Shown here: piece after piece, positions 31,803 through 32,000 of the stretch
Layout of the letters: every line of letters begins with the position of its first letter
Numbering within the stretch: position 1 is the first letter of the stretch
DNA from: Candidatus Scalindua sp.
Lineage (GTDB): Bacteria > Planctomycetota > Brocadiia > Brocadiales > Scalinduaceae
NCBI GenBank assembly: GCA_031316235.1
Contig: JALDRA010000001.1
Location: 990,001 to 1,022,000 of the forward strand
Reading direction: 5' to 3'
DNA length: 32,000 nt
Translations under genes and position numbers: made by a program
Notes under the pieces: generated by a model
Seen by the model: the letters and a program-made list of their open reading frames with translations, nothing else
Database searches by the model: none
What the model was told of the DNA's origin: nothing

Positions 31803-32000
31803 AAGCTTATAATACAATGCACCGGAAGCCAATGATCACTGTTCGCTTTAGCCACAATTTTTTTATCCTCCGATGGGCTGCTAACACCGGTAGAAAGTGA
31901 AGAGACGTTGAATGTGGGGTGCAAGAGCTGGTTACACAGACTCGCAACATAGAAAATTGAATGACGTGAGAAACCCCTCATGAGAGGCTCCAGCTTTCAG

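Noticed and set aside
31799-31981. 60-aa minus-strand ORF at the window end
   Set aside because: It has no motif, no SD-like sequence that I can see, and converges on the RRM gene stop. The evidence is insufficient.

Overview
AT-rich (by eye) bacterial chromosomal window with 23 supportable protein-coding genes and one pseudogene remnant. I recognise no rRNA, tRNA or CRISPR array. Layout: (1) 1-2026 (+): the 3' end of a ParC/GyrA-type gene and a homocysteine S-methyltransferase-family gene. (2) 2027-2606: a decayed non-coding patch with GTAGGGGC palindromic hairpins, a truncated HepT/DUF86 (HEPN) toxin remnant and a repeat fragment. (3) 2607-17599 (-): nine closely spaced co-directional genes forming a MoxR / DUF58 / BatA-vWA / vWA 'Bat-like' operon. 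It is headed by a 1246-aa membrane protein whose centre is about 1.7 kb of 24-nt (GQQAGxEA-type) tandem repeats. It is trailed by PDZ, SHOCT-lipoprotein, acyl-(ACP/CoA) synthetase and LEA_2-lipoprotein genes. (4) 18382-21676 (-): a glycine-zipper lipoprotein, an MBL-fold hydrolase and a MATE exporter. (5) 21945-31114 (+), the most interesting block: acpS, a B12-binding radical SAM enzyme, a ketosynthase followed by a catalytically dead KS paralogue (Cys/His/His -> Phe/Ser/Glu, chain-length-factor-like), a FadH/2-enoate-reductase-type flavo-FeS enzyme, a crotonase, fabG and a muconolactone-isomerase-fold protein. This looks like a type-II-PKS-like, highly reducing lipid pathway of the kind proposed but never biochemically resolved for ladderane-type lipids of anammox Planctomycetota. 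The taxonomic origin cannot be proven from this window. (6) 31530-31802 (+): an RRM-type RNA-binding protein gene. Two non-coding repeat systems are superimposed. One is a dispersed 110-140-nt structured intergenic repeat (5 copies plus 1 fragment) whose 3' hairpin keeps its pairing through compensatory changes. The other is an unrelated ~115-120-nt element duplicated in the same orientation upstream of the KS gene and of fabG.
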